64,000 nt of DNA from Legionellaceae bacterium (GCA_029212505.1 JARGOS010000007.1:3107-67106), one strand, 5' to 3'. Positions 20,979 through 30,141 are shown, counted from the first letter of the stretch. Numbers and translations are program-made. The notes: generated by a model not told the origin, from the sequence alone.

Positions 20979-21164
20979 CTAATAATAATAGTCCTGCGCT
21001 TCGGCTTCCATGCGCCTTTCATCCATTAAATCTTCGATACGTCTTCTTGCATCAAGATTGAGCGTTTGTTTTTCAGTCTCACGTTCTTGAAAAAACATAT
21101 CCAACTCATCGAGTTCAAGATCGTCATCATCATCATAGCCTTCTGTATCGACTTCTTTTTTCAT
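20979..21164 (-). CDS. Small, highly acidic protein (61 aa) encoded inside the oriC spacer
   Basis: MKKEVDTEGYDDDDDLELDELDMFFQERETEKQTLNLDARRRIEDLMDERRMEAEAQDYYY. GGAG lies about 9 nt upstream of the ATG at 21164. An acidic N-terminal half followed by an ARRRIEDL...R helix recalls the small PA3496-like proteins of gammaproteobacteria (from memory only). Confidence 0.55.
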   Translation of the reverse strand: MKKEVDTEGYDDDDDLELDELDMFFQERETEKQTLNLDARRRIEDLMDERRMEAEAQDYYY

Positions 21165-21313
21165 ATACCACACTCCATCAAGAGTTCTTATTTATACAAT
21201 GATTAGCGTGCATAAAAAAAACACGTAACTATTGAGTTATATATCATATATTTGGAATAAAACAATTGTTAATTACGTTAATTACAAACAAAAACCGCTC
21301 CTAGGAATAAACT

Positions 21314-21356
21314 TAGGGATAACACGAGGATAATAGGTCATAAAGACAGAGGATAA
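21314..21356 (+). promoter_or_regulatory. DnaA-box-like cluster 1 (three co-oriented 9-mers)
   Basis: TAGGGATAA at 21314-21322, CGAGGATAA at 21325-21333 and AGAGGATAA at 21348-21356. Each has 2 mismatches to TGTGGATAA, and the GGATAA core is invariant. Confidence 0.6.
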
Positions 21357-21468
21357 GATCGCACCAACGTATATTTTAGATTTATACCCGATCTACTCTA
21401 TCCTAAATACAGGGTTTCTTAACATCCTAAATAACAAACTAACTTATTGTATTATATATAAAAAAAAA

Positions 21469-21545
21469 ACTTATACATGAAATTGCGTTTCTTATAATAA
21501 ATATAAGTAATATATATACTTAATTAATTATTATTACGAAGTACC
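21469..21545 (+). repeat. oriC-region direct repeat, copy B
   Basis: AACTTATACATGAAATTGCGTTTCTTATAATAAATATAAGTAATATATATACTTAATTAATTATTATTACGAAGTACC. It contains TATACA-N15-TATAAT (21472-21498). Confidence 0.85.
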
Positions 21546-21558
21546 TCGTACTATTTCG

Positions 21559-21666
21559 TTAGGATAAAAAAAAGTCAATAATAAAAACCTTAGGATAACC
21601 ACACAATAAACCGATGGATAAGTGAGGATAAATACAATTAAAAATTGCTTTTTTAAGTTATCCATA
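21559..21666. promoter_or_regulatory. DnaA-box-like cluster 2 (five 9-mers, one inverted)
   Basis: TTAGGATAA at 21559-21567, TTAGGATAA at 21590-21598, GATGGATAA at 21613-21621, TGAGGATAA at 21623-21631 (1 mismatch to TGTGGATAA), and TTATCCATA at 21658-21666 in the opposite orientation (1 mismatch to TTATCCACA). Confidence 0.65.
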
Positions 21667-21744
21667 ATCTATAGAAGCATAAAGCCAGGTGTTTTAAACA
21701 GAAAAATAAAATCGTAAGCTCCATGAAATATAATAAATTTTTAG

Positions 21745-21821
21745 TTTTATACATAAAACTTACGCCACTTATAATAAATAGTGTGTAATATACTTAAACT
21801 TAATATTTATTAAGCAAGGCC
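21745..21821 (+). repeat. oriC-region direct repeat, copy C
   Basis: GTTTTATACATAAAACTTACGCCACTTATAATAAATAGTGTGTAATATACTTAAACTTAATATTTATTAAGCAAGGCC. It contains TATACA-N16-TATAAT (21748-21775). Confidence 0.85.
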
Positions 21822-21858
21822 TGGTTTCATCCAAGTTATTTAAGCGAAAAGAATATGT

Positions 21859-21887
21859 TTGACAGATGACCTATTTTTTTCTATTAT
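21859..21887 (+). promoter_or_regulatory. Sigma-70 type promoter for rpmH-rnpA-yidD-yidC-mnmE
   Basis: TTGACA (21859-21864), a 17-nt spacer, then TATTAT (21882-21887). It lies about 33 nt upstream of the rpmH ATG. Confidence 0.7.
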
Positions 21888-21919
21888 GGCCTGCTTTGAA
21901 ATCGTAACGAGTTTTAAAC

Positions 21920-22054
21920 ATGAAACGTACTTTTCAACCTAGTAATCTTAAGCGTAAACGTGACCACGGTTTTCGTTCACGTATGGCAACCCGATCAGGT
22001 CGCAATATCATTCGACGACGACGTTCAAAAGGTCGTAGTCGTTTATCTGCTTAA
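21920..22054 (+). CDS. rpmH: 50S ribosomal protein L34
   Basis: This gene is below the ORF-track cutoff. My translation is [44 protein letters not shown] (44 aa). Its TAA shares one base with the rnpA ATG. Confidence 0.95.
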   Translation: MKRTFQPSNLKRKRDHGFRSRMATRSGRNIIRRRRSKGRSRLSA

Positions 22055-22401
22055 TGTTTAGTTTTTCTAAATCACGGCGCTTATTAATTCGAGAAGATTT
22101 TGATCGTGTTTTTAAGCATGCAAACAAATTAACAACACCTGAGTTTACGGTGTTATTTTGTGATAATAAACAACAACAAGCACGACTGGGGTTGGTTATA
22201 TCTAAGAAAATGATTCATAAAGCACACGATCGTAATCGAATAAAACGTGTGTTGCGTGAATCATTTCGCTTAAATACAAAAATACCCGCTGTTGATGTGG
22301 TGGTTTTAGCGCGATCAGGTGTTGCTAAAGCTGATCCTGTGCGTATCAAAGCTAACTTGGATAAACTATGGAATATATTATCCGTACGACACGTTTCCTA
22401 G
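22054..22401 (+). CDS. rnpA: Ribonuclease P protein component
   Basis: 115 aa and basic, with the RNR motif region (KAHDRNRIKRVLRESFR). The order rpmH-rnpA is conserved. Confidence 0.9.
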   Translation: MFSFSKSRRLLIREDFDRVFKHANKLTTPEFTVLFCDNKQQQARLGLVISKKMIHKAHDRNRIKRVLRESFRLNTKIPAVDVVVLARSGVAKADPVRIKANLDKLWNILSVRHVS

Positions 22402-22637
22402 TTACCAAAGCTATCAAATTGTATCAATATGTATTGAGTCCTTATTTGGGACCTCGCTGTCGATTTTATCCCAGTTGTTCGGATTACGCATTGGATTCTT
22501 TTCACGAACACGACCTAATTAAAGCGACCTGGCTCACGTGTTGTCGTTTGATGCGTTGTCACCCCTGGTCTTCGGGCGGTTATGATCCTGTTCTACCGCA
22601 AACAAAATCTAAAATTAACTCAAAAGAGAAATCGTAA
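22368..22637 (+). CDS. yidD: Membrane protein insertion efficiency factor YidD
   Basis: [58 protein letters not shown] is the YidD signature. The gene lies between rnpA and yidC. Confidence 0.9.
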   Translation: MEYIIRTTRFLVTKAIKLYQYVLSPYLGPRCRFYPSCSDYALDSFHEHDLIKATWLTCCRLMRCHPWSSGGYDPVLPQTKSKINSKEKS

Positions 22638-24349
22638 TGGATATTCGACGTATTATGTTAGTGGCTGCTTGTGGCATGCTTTCTTATACTTTATGGACCG
22701 CGTGGCAAAAAGATTACCCTGAACAACACACGCCGACAGAAGTACCCGCTGTCATCAGTACACACACGGGCACACACACGCCGGGTTCGATTCTACCTGT
22801 ATTGAAAGAAGATGGATCAACCAGCGCATCAGGTAATCAAAGCCAAACAGGTTTTCCCGAGCTTGAGGGTGAGCAACAAGAAAATTCACGTTTAGTTTCG
22901 ATTAAAACGGACGTGCTTGATCTTAAAATCGATTTAAATCAAGGTGATGTGATTGGCGCTCAATTACTCGATTATCCTGAGAGTATTGCACAAAAAGACA
23001 AGCCCTTTACGCTATTAAATAATCGAGCGAGTACGCGCTACGTTGCCAACAGTAATATTTTGGTTGTGGATCAACAAGCATTGAAGCATATGGTCACAGA
23101 ATTTTCCTCTGAAAGTAAAAATTACACGCTTGAGGCCAATCAAGATCAACTGATTGTCAGCTTAACAGGTAAAACTAACGACGGTATTTCAGTCAAAAAA
23201 GAATTTGTATTCAAGCGAGGAAGTTATCTAATTGATGTTCAGTATGTACTGAATAACAAAAGTGATGCCGCTTGGAAAGGCTACATGAACACACAGCTGT
23301 TACGTACCCTACCCAAAGAAGATAAATCAAGTCCATTTCATGTTGGTTCGTATACGGGCGCGTCTTATTCCAGCCCCGGCCATCACCGTTATGAAAAAGT
23401 AACGTTCAAAGACATGGATAAGCATGCGCTCGATACGGATGTTGAAGGTGGTTGGTATGCTATGCAACAGCATTATTTTTTAACAGCCTGGATTCCCTTC
23501 GCGAACGAAAAAAATCGGTTTTACACACGTACGGTCGATGGAAGTTATGCCATTGGCTCGATGAGTCAGCCGATTTATCTCAAGTCTGGTGAGCAACAGA
23601 CGGTAGGTTCTAAGCTGTATTTAGGTCCAGAAACTGCCGATGTGTTAAAAGGGATTGCACCAGGCCTCGACTTGACGATTGATTACGGTTGGTTATGGTT
23701 TATCTCGTCCCTGATTTTTTCTCTGATGAGCATGATCTATCAGGTCGTGGGTAACTGGGGTTGGTCCATTGTTTTAGTCACATTACTGATTAAACTCGCG
23801 TTTTACCGTTTATCCGCCAAAAGCTATCGCTCGATGGCGGGTATGAGACAATTACAACCTAAATTAGAAGCTTTACGTGAAAAATTTGGTGATGATAAAG
23901 CTAAAATGAGCCAAGCGACCATGGCTTTGTATAAAACAGAAAAAATCAATCCGCTTTCGGGTTGTCTGCCTATGATTGTTCAAATACCGGTGTTTATTGC
24001 GTTGTACTGGGTTTTGGCTGAAAGCGTTGAATTGCGTCAGGCTCCGTTTATTTTATGGATTCATGACTTGGCATCACCGGATCCATGGCATGTGCTACCC
24101 TTGATTATGGGTGCTACGATGTTTATTCAACAGCGCTTGAATCCAACGCCTCCCGACCCTATGCAAGCAAAACTCATGATGTTCTTACCTGTGTTATTCA
24201 CAGGGCTTTTTTGGAATTTTCCTGCGGGGCTTGTGTTGTATTGGACGGTGAATAATACCCTGACAATTTTGCAGCAATGGTATATTACACGTCAGCATGA
24301 GCGTAATGCCCATGTAAGTACTAAAAAAGCCCGCTTACTGAGTAAATAA
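22637..24349 (+). CDS. yidC: Membrane protein insertase YidC
   Basis: 570 aa with an N-terminal TM helix, a large periplasmic domain and the C-terminal 5-TM 60-kDa insertase core (…[19 protein letters not shown]…). Confidence 0.93.
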   Translation: MDIRRIMLVAACGMLSYTLWTAWQKDYPEQHTPTEVPAVISTHTGTHTPGSILPVLKEDGSTSASGNQSQTGFPELEGEQQENSRLVSIKTDVLDLKIDLNQGDVIGAQLLDYPESIAQKDKPFTLLNNRASTRYVANSNILVVDQQALKHMVTEFSSESKNYTLEANQDQLIVSLTGKTNDGISVKKEFVFKRGSYLIDVQYVLNNKSDAAWKGYMNTQLLRTLPKEDKSSPFHVGSYTGASYSSPGHHRYEKVTFKDMDKHALDTDVEGGWYAMQQHYFLTAWIPFANEKNRFYTRTVDGSYAIGSMSQPIYLKSGEQQTVGSKLYLGPETADVLKGIAPGLDLTIDYGWLWFISSLIFSLMSMIYQVVGNWGWSIVLVTLLIKLAFYRLSAKSYRSMAGMRQLQPKLEALREKFGDDKAKMSQATMALYKTEKINPLSGCLPMIVQIPVFIALYWVLAESVELRQAPFILWIHDLASPDPWHVLPLIMGATMFIQQRLNPTPPDPMQAKLMMFLPVLFTGLFWNFPAGLVLYWTVNNTLTILQQWYITRQHERNAHVSTKKARLLSK

Positions 24350-24353
24350 GCCT

Positions 24354-25718
24354 ATGACGATGGGTACAGCAGAGACCATTGTTGCCATCGCAACGCCTCC
24401 AGGACGTGGAGGCGTGGGTATCATTCGGCTATCAGGTGTTTTGGCTTCTGCAATAGCCAAGCGCTTAACACGTCGTGAGCAGGTTCTTGTTCCTAAGCAT
24501 GTTTATTATTGTGCTTTTTATCCAGAAGATGCTGCCGATAAAGCCTGGATAGATACGGGCTTACTGCTCTATTTCCAAACCCCTCATTCGTTTACGGGCG
24601 AAGATGTTGTTGAGTTTCAAACGCATGGATCACCGCGTGTGCTTGACCGTTTATTATCAGAATGCGTGGCTTGTGGTGCAAGACTCGCAAGACCTGGCGA
24701 GTTTTCGGAGCGTGCTTTTTTAAATAATAAAATCGATCTTGCGCAAGCTGAAGCGATTGCTGATTTAATTCATGCGAATTCTGAAACCGCGGCACGTTTA
24801 GCTGTGCGTTCATTGCAAGGTGACTTTTCCAATAAAATCAACGCGATTAATCAACAATTGGTTCATTTACGCCTGTATGTTGAGGCGGCGATTGATTTTT
24901 CAGATGAAGAAATTGATTTTTTGAGTGATGGGAAAGTTGCGGCGTTATTTAATCAAGTTTTTGATGATCTTTTGGCTGTGCAGGCCGGTGCATCGCAAGG
25001 AGCACTTCTTCGAGAAAGTTCGGTCGTTGTTATTTCTGGACCACCGAATGCGGGCAAGTCCACCCTGTTAAATGCATTATCAGGTCAAGATCTTGCCATT
25101 GTCACGGATGAAGCAGGGACAACACGCGACCTCATGCGTGAAGATATTTTAATCGATGATATCCCTCTTCAGCTGATTGATACCGCGGGTTTACGTGAAA
25201 GCGATAATCGTGTTGAGCAAGAAGGCATTAAGCGCGCTTGGCAAGCGATAAAACGCGCCGATGCTGTTTTAATGATGTTTGATGTGACTGACGAGGCAAC
25301 AGGTATGCGCTTAGATACAGCCATTCAAGAGGCTTTGCCGAAACATATTCCCGTGATTAAAATTTTTAATAAAATAGATAAATCATCAAACATAACGCCC
25401 TACCAAGATGGCTCGAATATTTATCTATCAGCAAAACAAGGTAAAGGCTTAGATTTATTAAAATCAGCCATAAAACATGCATTAGGTCACCAACCGACCG
25501 AAGGGCTTTTTTTAGCGCGACGTCGGCATTTAGATGCTTTGAATCAAGCGCATGCTTGTTTAATTTCAGGAAAAAAACAGCTTTTTGATCATCAAGCCGG
25601 TGAGTTACTCGCAGAAGATTTACGACAAGCACATGATGCGTTGTGTGAAATAACAGGCGAATTTACGACGGATGATTTATTAGGAAAAATTTTCTCGACG
25701 TTTTGTGTTGGAAAATAA
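24354..25718 (+). CDS. mnmE: tRNA modification GTPase MnmE (TrmE)
   Basis: [22 protein letters not shown] at the N-terminus, the G domain [12 protein letters not shown] and DTAGLR, and a C-terminal CVGK motif. Confidence 0.93.
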   Translation: MTMGTAETIVAIATPPGRGGVGIIRLSGVLASAIAKRLTRREQVLVPKHVYYCAFYPEDAADKAWIDTGLLLYFQTPHSFTGEDVVEFQTHGSPRVLDRLLSECVACGARLARPGEFSERAFLNNKIDLAQAEAIADLIHANSETAARLAVRSLQGDFSNKINAINQQLVHLRLYVEAAIDFSDEEIDFLSDGKVAALFNQVFDDLLAVQAGASQGALLRESSVVVISGPPNAGKSTLLNALSGQDLAIVTDEAGTTRDLMREDILIDDIPLQLIDTAGLRESDNRVEQEGIKRAWQAIKRADAVLMMFDVTDEATGMRLDTAIQEALPKHIPVIKIFNKIDKSSNITPYQDGSNIYLSAKQGKGLDLLKSAIKHALGHQPTEGLFLARRRHLDALNQAHACLISGKKQLFDHQAGELLAEDLRQAHDALCEITGEFTTDDLLGKIFSTFCVGK

Positions 25719-25765
25719 TCGCGAACGTTGTAGTTTAAATACTTATCTAGACAAAGGATCCTGTC

Positions 25766-26716
25766 ATGATTTATCCGAATATACTCGAAGTGATTGGCCG
25801 TACACCGGTTGTTAAAATCAATCATGTTGCAAAGCATCTTGCGTGTGATGTGTATGCTAAGTGTGAGTTTTTAAATCCTGGGGGATCGGTTAAAGATCGT
25901 ATTGGGTTTGAAATGATAAAGCATGCCGAGCAACTCGGTAAAATTAAACCCGGTGATACGTTGATTGAGCCTACCTCAGGAAATACGGGTATAGGACTTG
26001 CTTTAGTTGGCGCTGTTTTGGGTTATAAAATTATTATCACAATGCCGGAAAAAATGAGTCAAGAGAAACAGGTGGTGCTTGAGCGCCTGGGTGCGACGAT
26101 TTATCGAACGCCTAGCGATGTTGCATATGACCATCCAGACAGTCATCTTTCGTTAGCCAAAAAATTACAAAAAAAAATATCTAACGCCTATATTTTGGAT
26201 CAATATACGAATCCTGATAATCCTTATGCGCATTACCGCGGGACAGCGCAAGAAATTATTGATGATTTTGGTGATGATTTGGCTATGCTGGTTGCGGGAG
26301 TTGGCACGGGAGGTACAATTACGGGGATTGCTAAGCGCCTCAAAGAACATGATTCGCAGATCAAAATTATAGGTGTTGATCCTGTTGGCTCAATCCTTGG
26401 AGGAGGCACAAACATTGCGCCCTATTTGGTTGAAGGGATCGGTTATGATTTTTTTCCTGACGTGCTTGATAATACGCTGGTGGATAAGTACATCAAAATT
26501 CAAGACAAAGACGCGTTGACCATGGCGCGACGTTTAGTGCGTGAAGAAGGTTTGTTGGTGGGTGGATCGTGCGGTGCGGCCATGTGGGCCGGGTTACAAG
26601 CAGCTTCTGAGCTGAAATCAGGGCAAAAATGCTTGGTGATTCTCCCTGACTCCATTCGCAATTACATGTCTAAATATGCCAGTAATGCATGGATGCAAAC
26701 AGAAGGCATGTTGTAG
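25766..26716 (+). CDS. PLP-dependent cysteine synthase / cystathionine beta-synthase-like enzyme (catalytic core only)
   Basis: KCEFLNPGGSVKDRIG (PLP lysine), TLIEPTSGNTGIGLAL and PEKMSQEKQVVLERLGATIYRTP closely resemble the CBS/CysK fold-type II core. No C-terminal CBS-pair domain is present. Confidence 0.8.
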   Translation: MIYPNILEVIGRTPVVKINHVAKHLACDVYAKCEFLNPGGSVKDRIGFEMIKHAEQLGKIKPGDTLIEPTSGNTGIGLALVGAVLGYKIIITMPEKMSQEKQVVLERLGATIYRTPSDVAYDHPDSHLSLAKKLQKKISNAYILDQYTNPDNPYAHYRGTAQEIIDDFGDDLAMLVAGVGTGGTITGIAKRLKEHDSQIKIIGVDPVGSILGGGTNIAPYLVEGIGYDFFPDVLDNTLVDKYIKIQDKDALTMARRLVREEGLLVGGSCGAAMWAGLQAASELKSGQKCLVILPDSIRNYMSKYASNAWMQTEGML

Positions 26717-26718
26717 GT

Positions 26719-27753
26719 TTAACCGATTGGCGTTGAAGCGCTCAGTGCGCTGACTTTATTGGGTGTGGTTGTCATGTCCAATGACTCTCCCAGCGTCAAA
26801 AGTCGTGTAATCGTCCCTTTTAAATCATCGGGACTATCCGAGACGGCTGCTTGCATAAAGAACGCTTGGGTGCCATGAAGCGTATCAAAGTACTTGGAGG
26901 GTTGCTTGAAGCTTTTATTTAAGAAGTCAAAGTAGACGCCAAGTAGATCCCCGTCTGTTTTTTTCTCAGCAGACATGTATTTTACTAATTTATTTCGTGT
27001 TACATGATACACGTCGTTTGAGCGCGTGGTTTCTTGCTTTAGGTGTTTGATGTAGTGTTCAAGATTTTCTAAACATAATGGGCTTGTCGGTGGTGGGTTT
27101 GTTGTATCGAAATTTTTAAAATAATTATCATCGATAATATCTGTAGAAGCCAAGCAGTGCCCATTTTGCCAATCAAGCTTGATGCCGGTGCTGGTTGGTA
27201 ACAGAGGTGTTGATTGAGGATGTTTTTTAGGAAGTGTTTTTTTTCCTGATGTGGTTGTTATATAAAACGGCAGATTTGTTCGTTGTAATATAATACTGGG
27301 AAGTAAAGGATTAAGGCATTGAGGGTTGCTTCGTATGTTATTTTCGGAAAGCGTGTGCGGCGATATATTTAAAAAATAAGACGTGTAGGCACGGGAATTT
27401 TTTAGTATGTGGTTGAGTGTGATTTGGTTAAGAACATCAACAAGGGCTGGTACTAAAAGATTAAGATCGGTGTCTAAGCACAGTTGTTTTAAATATTTTA
27501 TCGGTGTCAGGTACCCTACCGATGGTTTTTTAAACGCTTTAACTGCTTGAAGTTTTTCGAGTAACGGTTCTAGAATAATCTCTGTTACGCATAGATTTTT
27601 TTGATGTGTTGTTGTTCTTCTTAGGTAGTCGACAAGCCATAGAGCAACAGCAAAATCAGCCCTAAATTCGACATGCATGTTGATAGACGTGCTGACGTTA
27701 TGGTTTATTGATTTTTTTTGTGGCATTTTAAAAAAGTTTGGGATATTTGGCAT
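26719..27753 (-). CDS. Hypothetical protein (344 aa), orphan
   Basis: A long ORF with AT-rich codon usage and no signal peptide, TM segment or recognisable motif. The middle region is Pro/Thr-rich and the C-terminus is polar (…TTPNKVSALSASTPIG). Confidence 0.5.
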   Translation of the reverse strand: MPNIPNFFKMPQKKSINHNVSTSINMHVEFRADFAVALWLVDYLRRTTTHQKNLCVTEIILEPLLEKLQAVKAFKKPSVGYLTPIKYLKQLCLDTDLNLLVPALVDVLNQITLNHILKNSRAYTSYFLNISPHTLSENNIRSNPQCLNPLLPSIILQRTNLPFYITTTSGKKTLPKKHPQSTPLLPTSTGIKLDWQNGHCLASTDIIDDNYFKNFDTTNPPPTSPLCLENLEHYIKHLKQETTRSNDVYHVTRNKLVKYMSAEKKTDGDLLGVYFDFLNKSFKQPSKYFDTLHGTQAFFMQAAVSDSPDDLKGTITRLLTLGESLDMTTTPNKVSALSASTPIG

Positions 27754-27968
27754 AACCTACCTTATGTAAATAATATTTGATATTGATGTATTAAGTATAA
27801 TTGAAAAATTGATAAGAATAATACTTGACATACAATAATATTGGACGATACTAGGGGGGAGCTTTTTTTTATAGAGGAAGCTTGATGTTTGTAAGTGCTT
27901 ATTAAATAAGCATATATTGAGCATTTATGTTGGTAATGAAAGATTTTATGAAGATTTACACGAGATTG

Positions 27969-27997
27969 TTGACAACAGAGAATGTAGGCTAGATAAT
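27969..27997 (+). promoter_or_regulatory. Sigma-70 type promoter upstream of MOMP paralog 1
   Basis: TTGACA (27969-27974), a 17-nt spacer, then GATAAT (27992-27997). This predicts a leader of about 100 nt before the ATG at 28102. Confidence 0.6.
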
Positions 27998-28101
27998 CAT
28001 TCTAGTGTACGTTTTCGGACAGGGTAATGAAGACGTGCCGCAGTTAAAGAACGTTGTGGCTTTAAAATGGAAGATTATAATAAAAAAGTGGAGAAAAGCG
28101 C

Positions 28102-29079
28102 ATGTTAAATTTAAAGAAAACTGCAGTAGCAGTACTTGCTCTTAGCAGCAGTGCTGTATTTGCTGGATCTATGGGACCTGTTTGCAGTGCTGTAAACGTG
28201 ACAGTACCTTGTGAAAGCACAGCTTGGGACTTCGGTGCTAAAGCTTTATATTTGCAACCAGCGTTTTCTGGTGGCGATTACAGCTATTCAGCGGTTAATA
28301 ACGCTACAGGTGCATACCAAGATTTCAATCAAACATGGGCATGGGGATTCTTTATTGAAGGTTCTTATCACTTCAATACCGGAAACGATGCTAATTTGAA
28401 CTGGTATCATATCGACAAATCAACCACACGAAACTTATCCGGTGACTTTAACTTGTTAAGAGCACCTGATACAGCTTTCCAATCAGCACAAACCCGAATT
28501 AATCCTAAGTGGGATGCTGTGAACTTAGAGTTCGGTCAGCATGTTGACTTTGGTGAGAACAAAAACATCCGTTTCCATGGTGGTTTCCAATACGCACGTA
28601 TTGCTAACACAATGAGATTAACAGGAACCAACGCAGCTGATGTTAACAACGGCCTGAACGTTGTTGCTGAATCAAAACCAACGTATAACGGTTTTGGAGC
28701 TCGTGTAGGTACTGACATGGGTTACGACTGGGGTAACGGCTTAGGTGTTTACGCGAACGGTGCAGCAGCGCTTTTAGCGGGAAGCAGCAAAGTTAGCAAC
28801 ACCGTCACCAATAGCGGCACAGGTGCAAATGCTATCCAGAGCGCATCAAAAGCGACAATCGTACCAGAACTTGAAGCAAAACTTGGTCTGAAATACGGTT
28901 ATGCAATGGCTCAAGGTGACTTGACACTTGATGTTGGTTGGATGTGGGTTAACTACTTCAACCCAACGCAAGCGATTCAAAGCAACCTTGCAACACCAAC
29001 CAGACCACAAGTTGTTAGTGGAGACTTCGCGCTTCAAGGCTTGTACTTTGGTTTGAACTGGTTAGGAAACGTTGCTTAA
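28102..29079 (+). CDS. Legionella-type major outer membrane protein (porin), paralog 1
   Basis: Signal peptide MLNLKKTAVAVLALSSSAVFAGSMGPVC…VTVPCE…AWDFGAKALYLQP and a C-terminal …LQGLYFGLNWLGNVA. This N-terminal block matches the L. pneumophila MOMP/OmpS family as I remember it. GGAG serves as the RBS. Confidence 0.85.
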   Translation: MLNLKKTAVAVLALSSSAVFAGSMGPVCSAVNVTVPCESTAWDFGAKALYLQPAFSGGDYSYSAVNNATGAYQDFNQTWAWGFFIEGSYHFNTGNDANLNWYHIDKSTTRNLSGDFNLLRAPDTAFQSAQTRINPKWDAVNLEFGQHVDFGENKNIRFHGGFQYARIANTMRLTGTNAADVNNGLNVVAESKPTYNGFGARVGTDMGYDWGNGLGVYANGAAALLAGSSKVSNTVTNSGTGANAIQSASKATIVPELEAKLGLKYGYAMAQGDLTLDVGWMWVNYFNPTQAIQSNLATPTRPQVVSGDFALQGLYFGLNWLGNVA

Positions 29080-29104
29080 TTGCACGGAGCTTAGCTAAAA
29101 AAAA

Positions 29105-29131
29105 GCCGTCGGAAACGACGGCTTTTTTTTT
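29105..29131 (+). terminator. Rho-independent terminator after MOMP paralog 1
   Basis: GCCGTCG-GAAA-CGACGGC followed by T9, with an A8 tract upstream. Confidence 0.85.
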
Positions 29132-29154
29132 GAAAAAAATTATTTATTATTTAT

Positions 29155-30141
29155 ATGGATATATCGATGTTAGCTTTTAAAAATCGCTTAGGTGTTGTGC
29201 TTGCTTTAAGTTTAAGCTGTAGCACTGTATTTTCTGGAACGATGGGAGCTGCTTGCGAAGCTAAGCATGCAACAACGTTATGTGAAGGTACGTTTTGGGA
29301 TTTTGGTGCACGCGCTTTATATTTGACTCCTGCGTACTCGGCTGGGGATTATCGTTATGCTGCAGTTGATAATACGACAGGTCAATATGAAGATTTTAAT
29401 CAAAACAGAGGTTGGGGCTTTTTTCTTGAAGGTTCGTTTCATTATGAAACAGGTAGTGATGTTAGTTTGAATTTATATCATTTTGCAAAATCGATGAAAA
29501 AAGATTTTGATGGTGATTTTAATTTTTTTCGTGGTCGAGAAGTTGAAATCGGTGTGTCTAATATAACGCCACAGTGGGATGCTTTGAATTTAGAGTTTGG
29601 TCAGTACGTGAGTTTTGGTGAAAATAAGCATGTGCGTTTTCATGGTGGTTTACAATATGCGCGCATTACCATTGCTGAAAATTTATCAGGTTCAAATCCA
29701 AGTGGTTTGCATGACAATTTTAGTTTTAATTTTAAAAGAAAATCGCTTTACAATGGCTTTGGTGGTCGCGTAGGTATCGATATGACCTATGATTTAGGGC
29801 ACGATATGGGTGTTTACAGTAATTTTGCAGCAGCAATTTTAGCTGGGTACGACAAAGCACGTTATGCTTTTGAAGACAATACACAAATACCGCTTGCGTT
29901 AAATGCATCTAAAGTCGCTATCGTTCCAGAAGTTGAGGCAAAATTGGGTATAAAATATGATTATGGGATGGCGATGGGGGATTTAACGTTTGATCTTGCT
30001 TGGATGTGGTTTAATTATTTTAATGCAACACAAGCGATACCCAGTAATTTTATTACGCGAACGACGCCACCAACCGTTGCTGGTGATTTTGGATACCAAG
30101 GTTTATATTTTGGCTTGCATTGGTTAGGGAACGGGTTTTAG
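29155..30141 (+). CDS. Legionella-type major outer membrane protein, divergent paralog 2
   Basis: 328 aa with the same architecture (…FSGTMGAACE…TLCEGTFWDFGARALYLTPAY… …YQGLYFGLHWLGNGF), at roughly half identity to paralogs 1 and 3 by eye. No SD is visible before the ATG at 29155 or 29167. Confidence 0.8.
   Translation: MDISMLAFKNRLGVVLALSLSCSTVFSGTMGAACEAKHATTLCEGTFWDFGARALYLTPAYSAGDYRYAAVDNTTGQYEDFNQNRGWGFFLEGSFHYETGSDVSLNLYHFAKSMKKDFDGDFNFFRGREVEIGVSNITPQWDALNLEFGQYVSFGENKHVRFHGGLQYARITIAENLSGSNPSGLHDNFSFNFKRKSLYNGFGGRVGIDMTYDLGHDMGVYSNFAAAILAGYDKARYAFEDNTQIPLALNASKVAIVPEVEAKLGIKYDYGMAMGDLTFDLAWMWFNYFNATQAIPSNFITRTTPPTVAGDFGYQGLYFGLHWLGNGF

Larger units (their letters stand above)
20550..21858. 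other. Candidate chromosomal origin of replication (oriC) in the dnaA-rpmH spacer
   Basis: This is a very AT-rich 1.3 kb region that is non-coding except for one small ORF. It lies between divergently oriented dnaA and rpmH and carries at least 9 GGATAA-core DnaA-box-like 9-mers in two clusters. Gene strand orientation flips here. Confidence 0.75.

Noticed and set aside
22319-22522. 67-aa ORF overlapping the rnpA 3' end and yidD.
   Set aside because: It is an alternative frame of two conserved genes. The YidD frame gives the canonical signature, and this one gives no recognisable sequence.
27754-27830. Possible PmrA-type tandem TTAATA box upstream of the 344-aa orphan gene (minus strand: CTTAATACATCAATATCAAATATTA).
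   Set aside because: Only one half-site resembles the cTTAATatT consensus. The second half and the spacing to any -10 element do not fit, so the match is too weak in AT-rich DNA.
28211-28399. 62-aa ORF inside MOMP paralog 1 that recurs as a similar ORF at 33402-33590 in paralog 3. The minus-strand pair 28846-29037 and 33959-34216 behaves the same way.
   Set aside because: The apparent conservation is only a by-product of the gene duplication, because the ORFs lie in alternative frames of the near-identical porin ends.
29132-29166. Putative promoter TTGAAA-N18-TATGGA for MOMP paralog 2 within the 23-nt gap after the terminator.
   Set aside because: The -10 is poor and the spacing non-optimal, and it would yield an essentially leaderless mRNA. 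I kept it only as an alternative under the read-through hypothesis.
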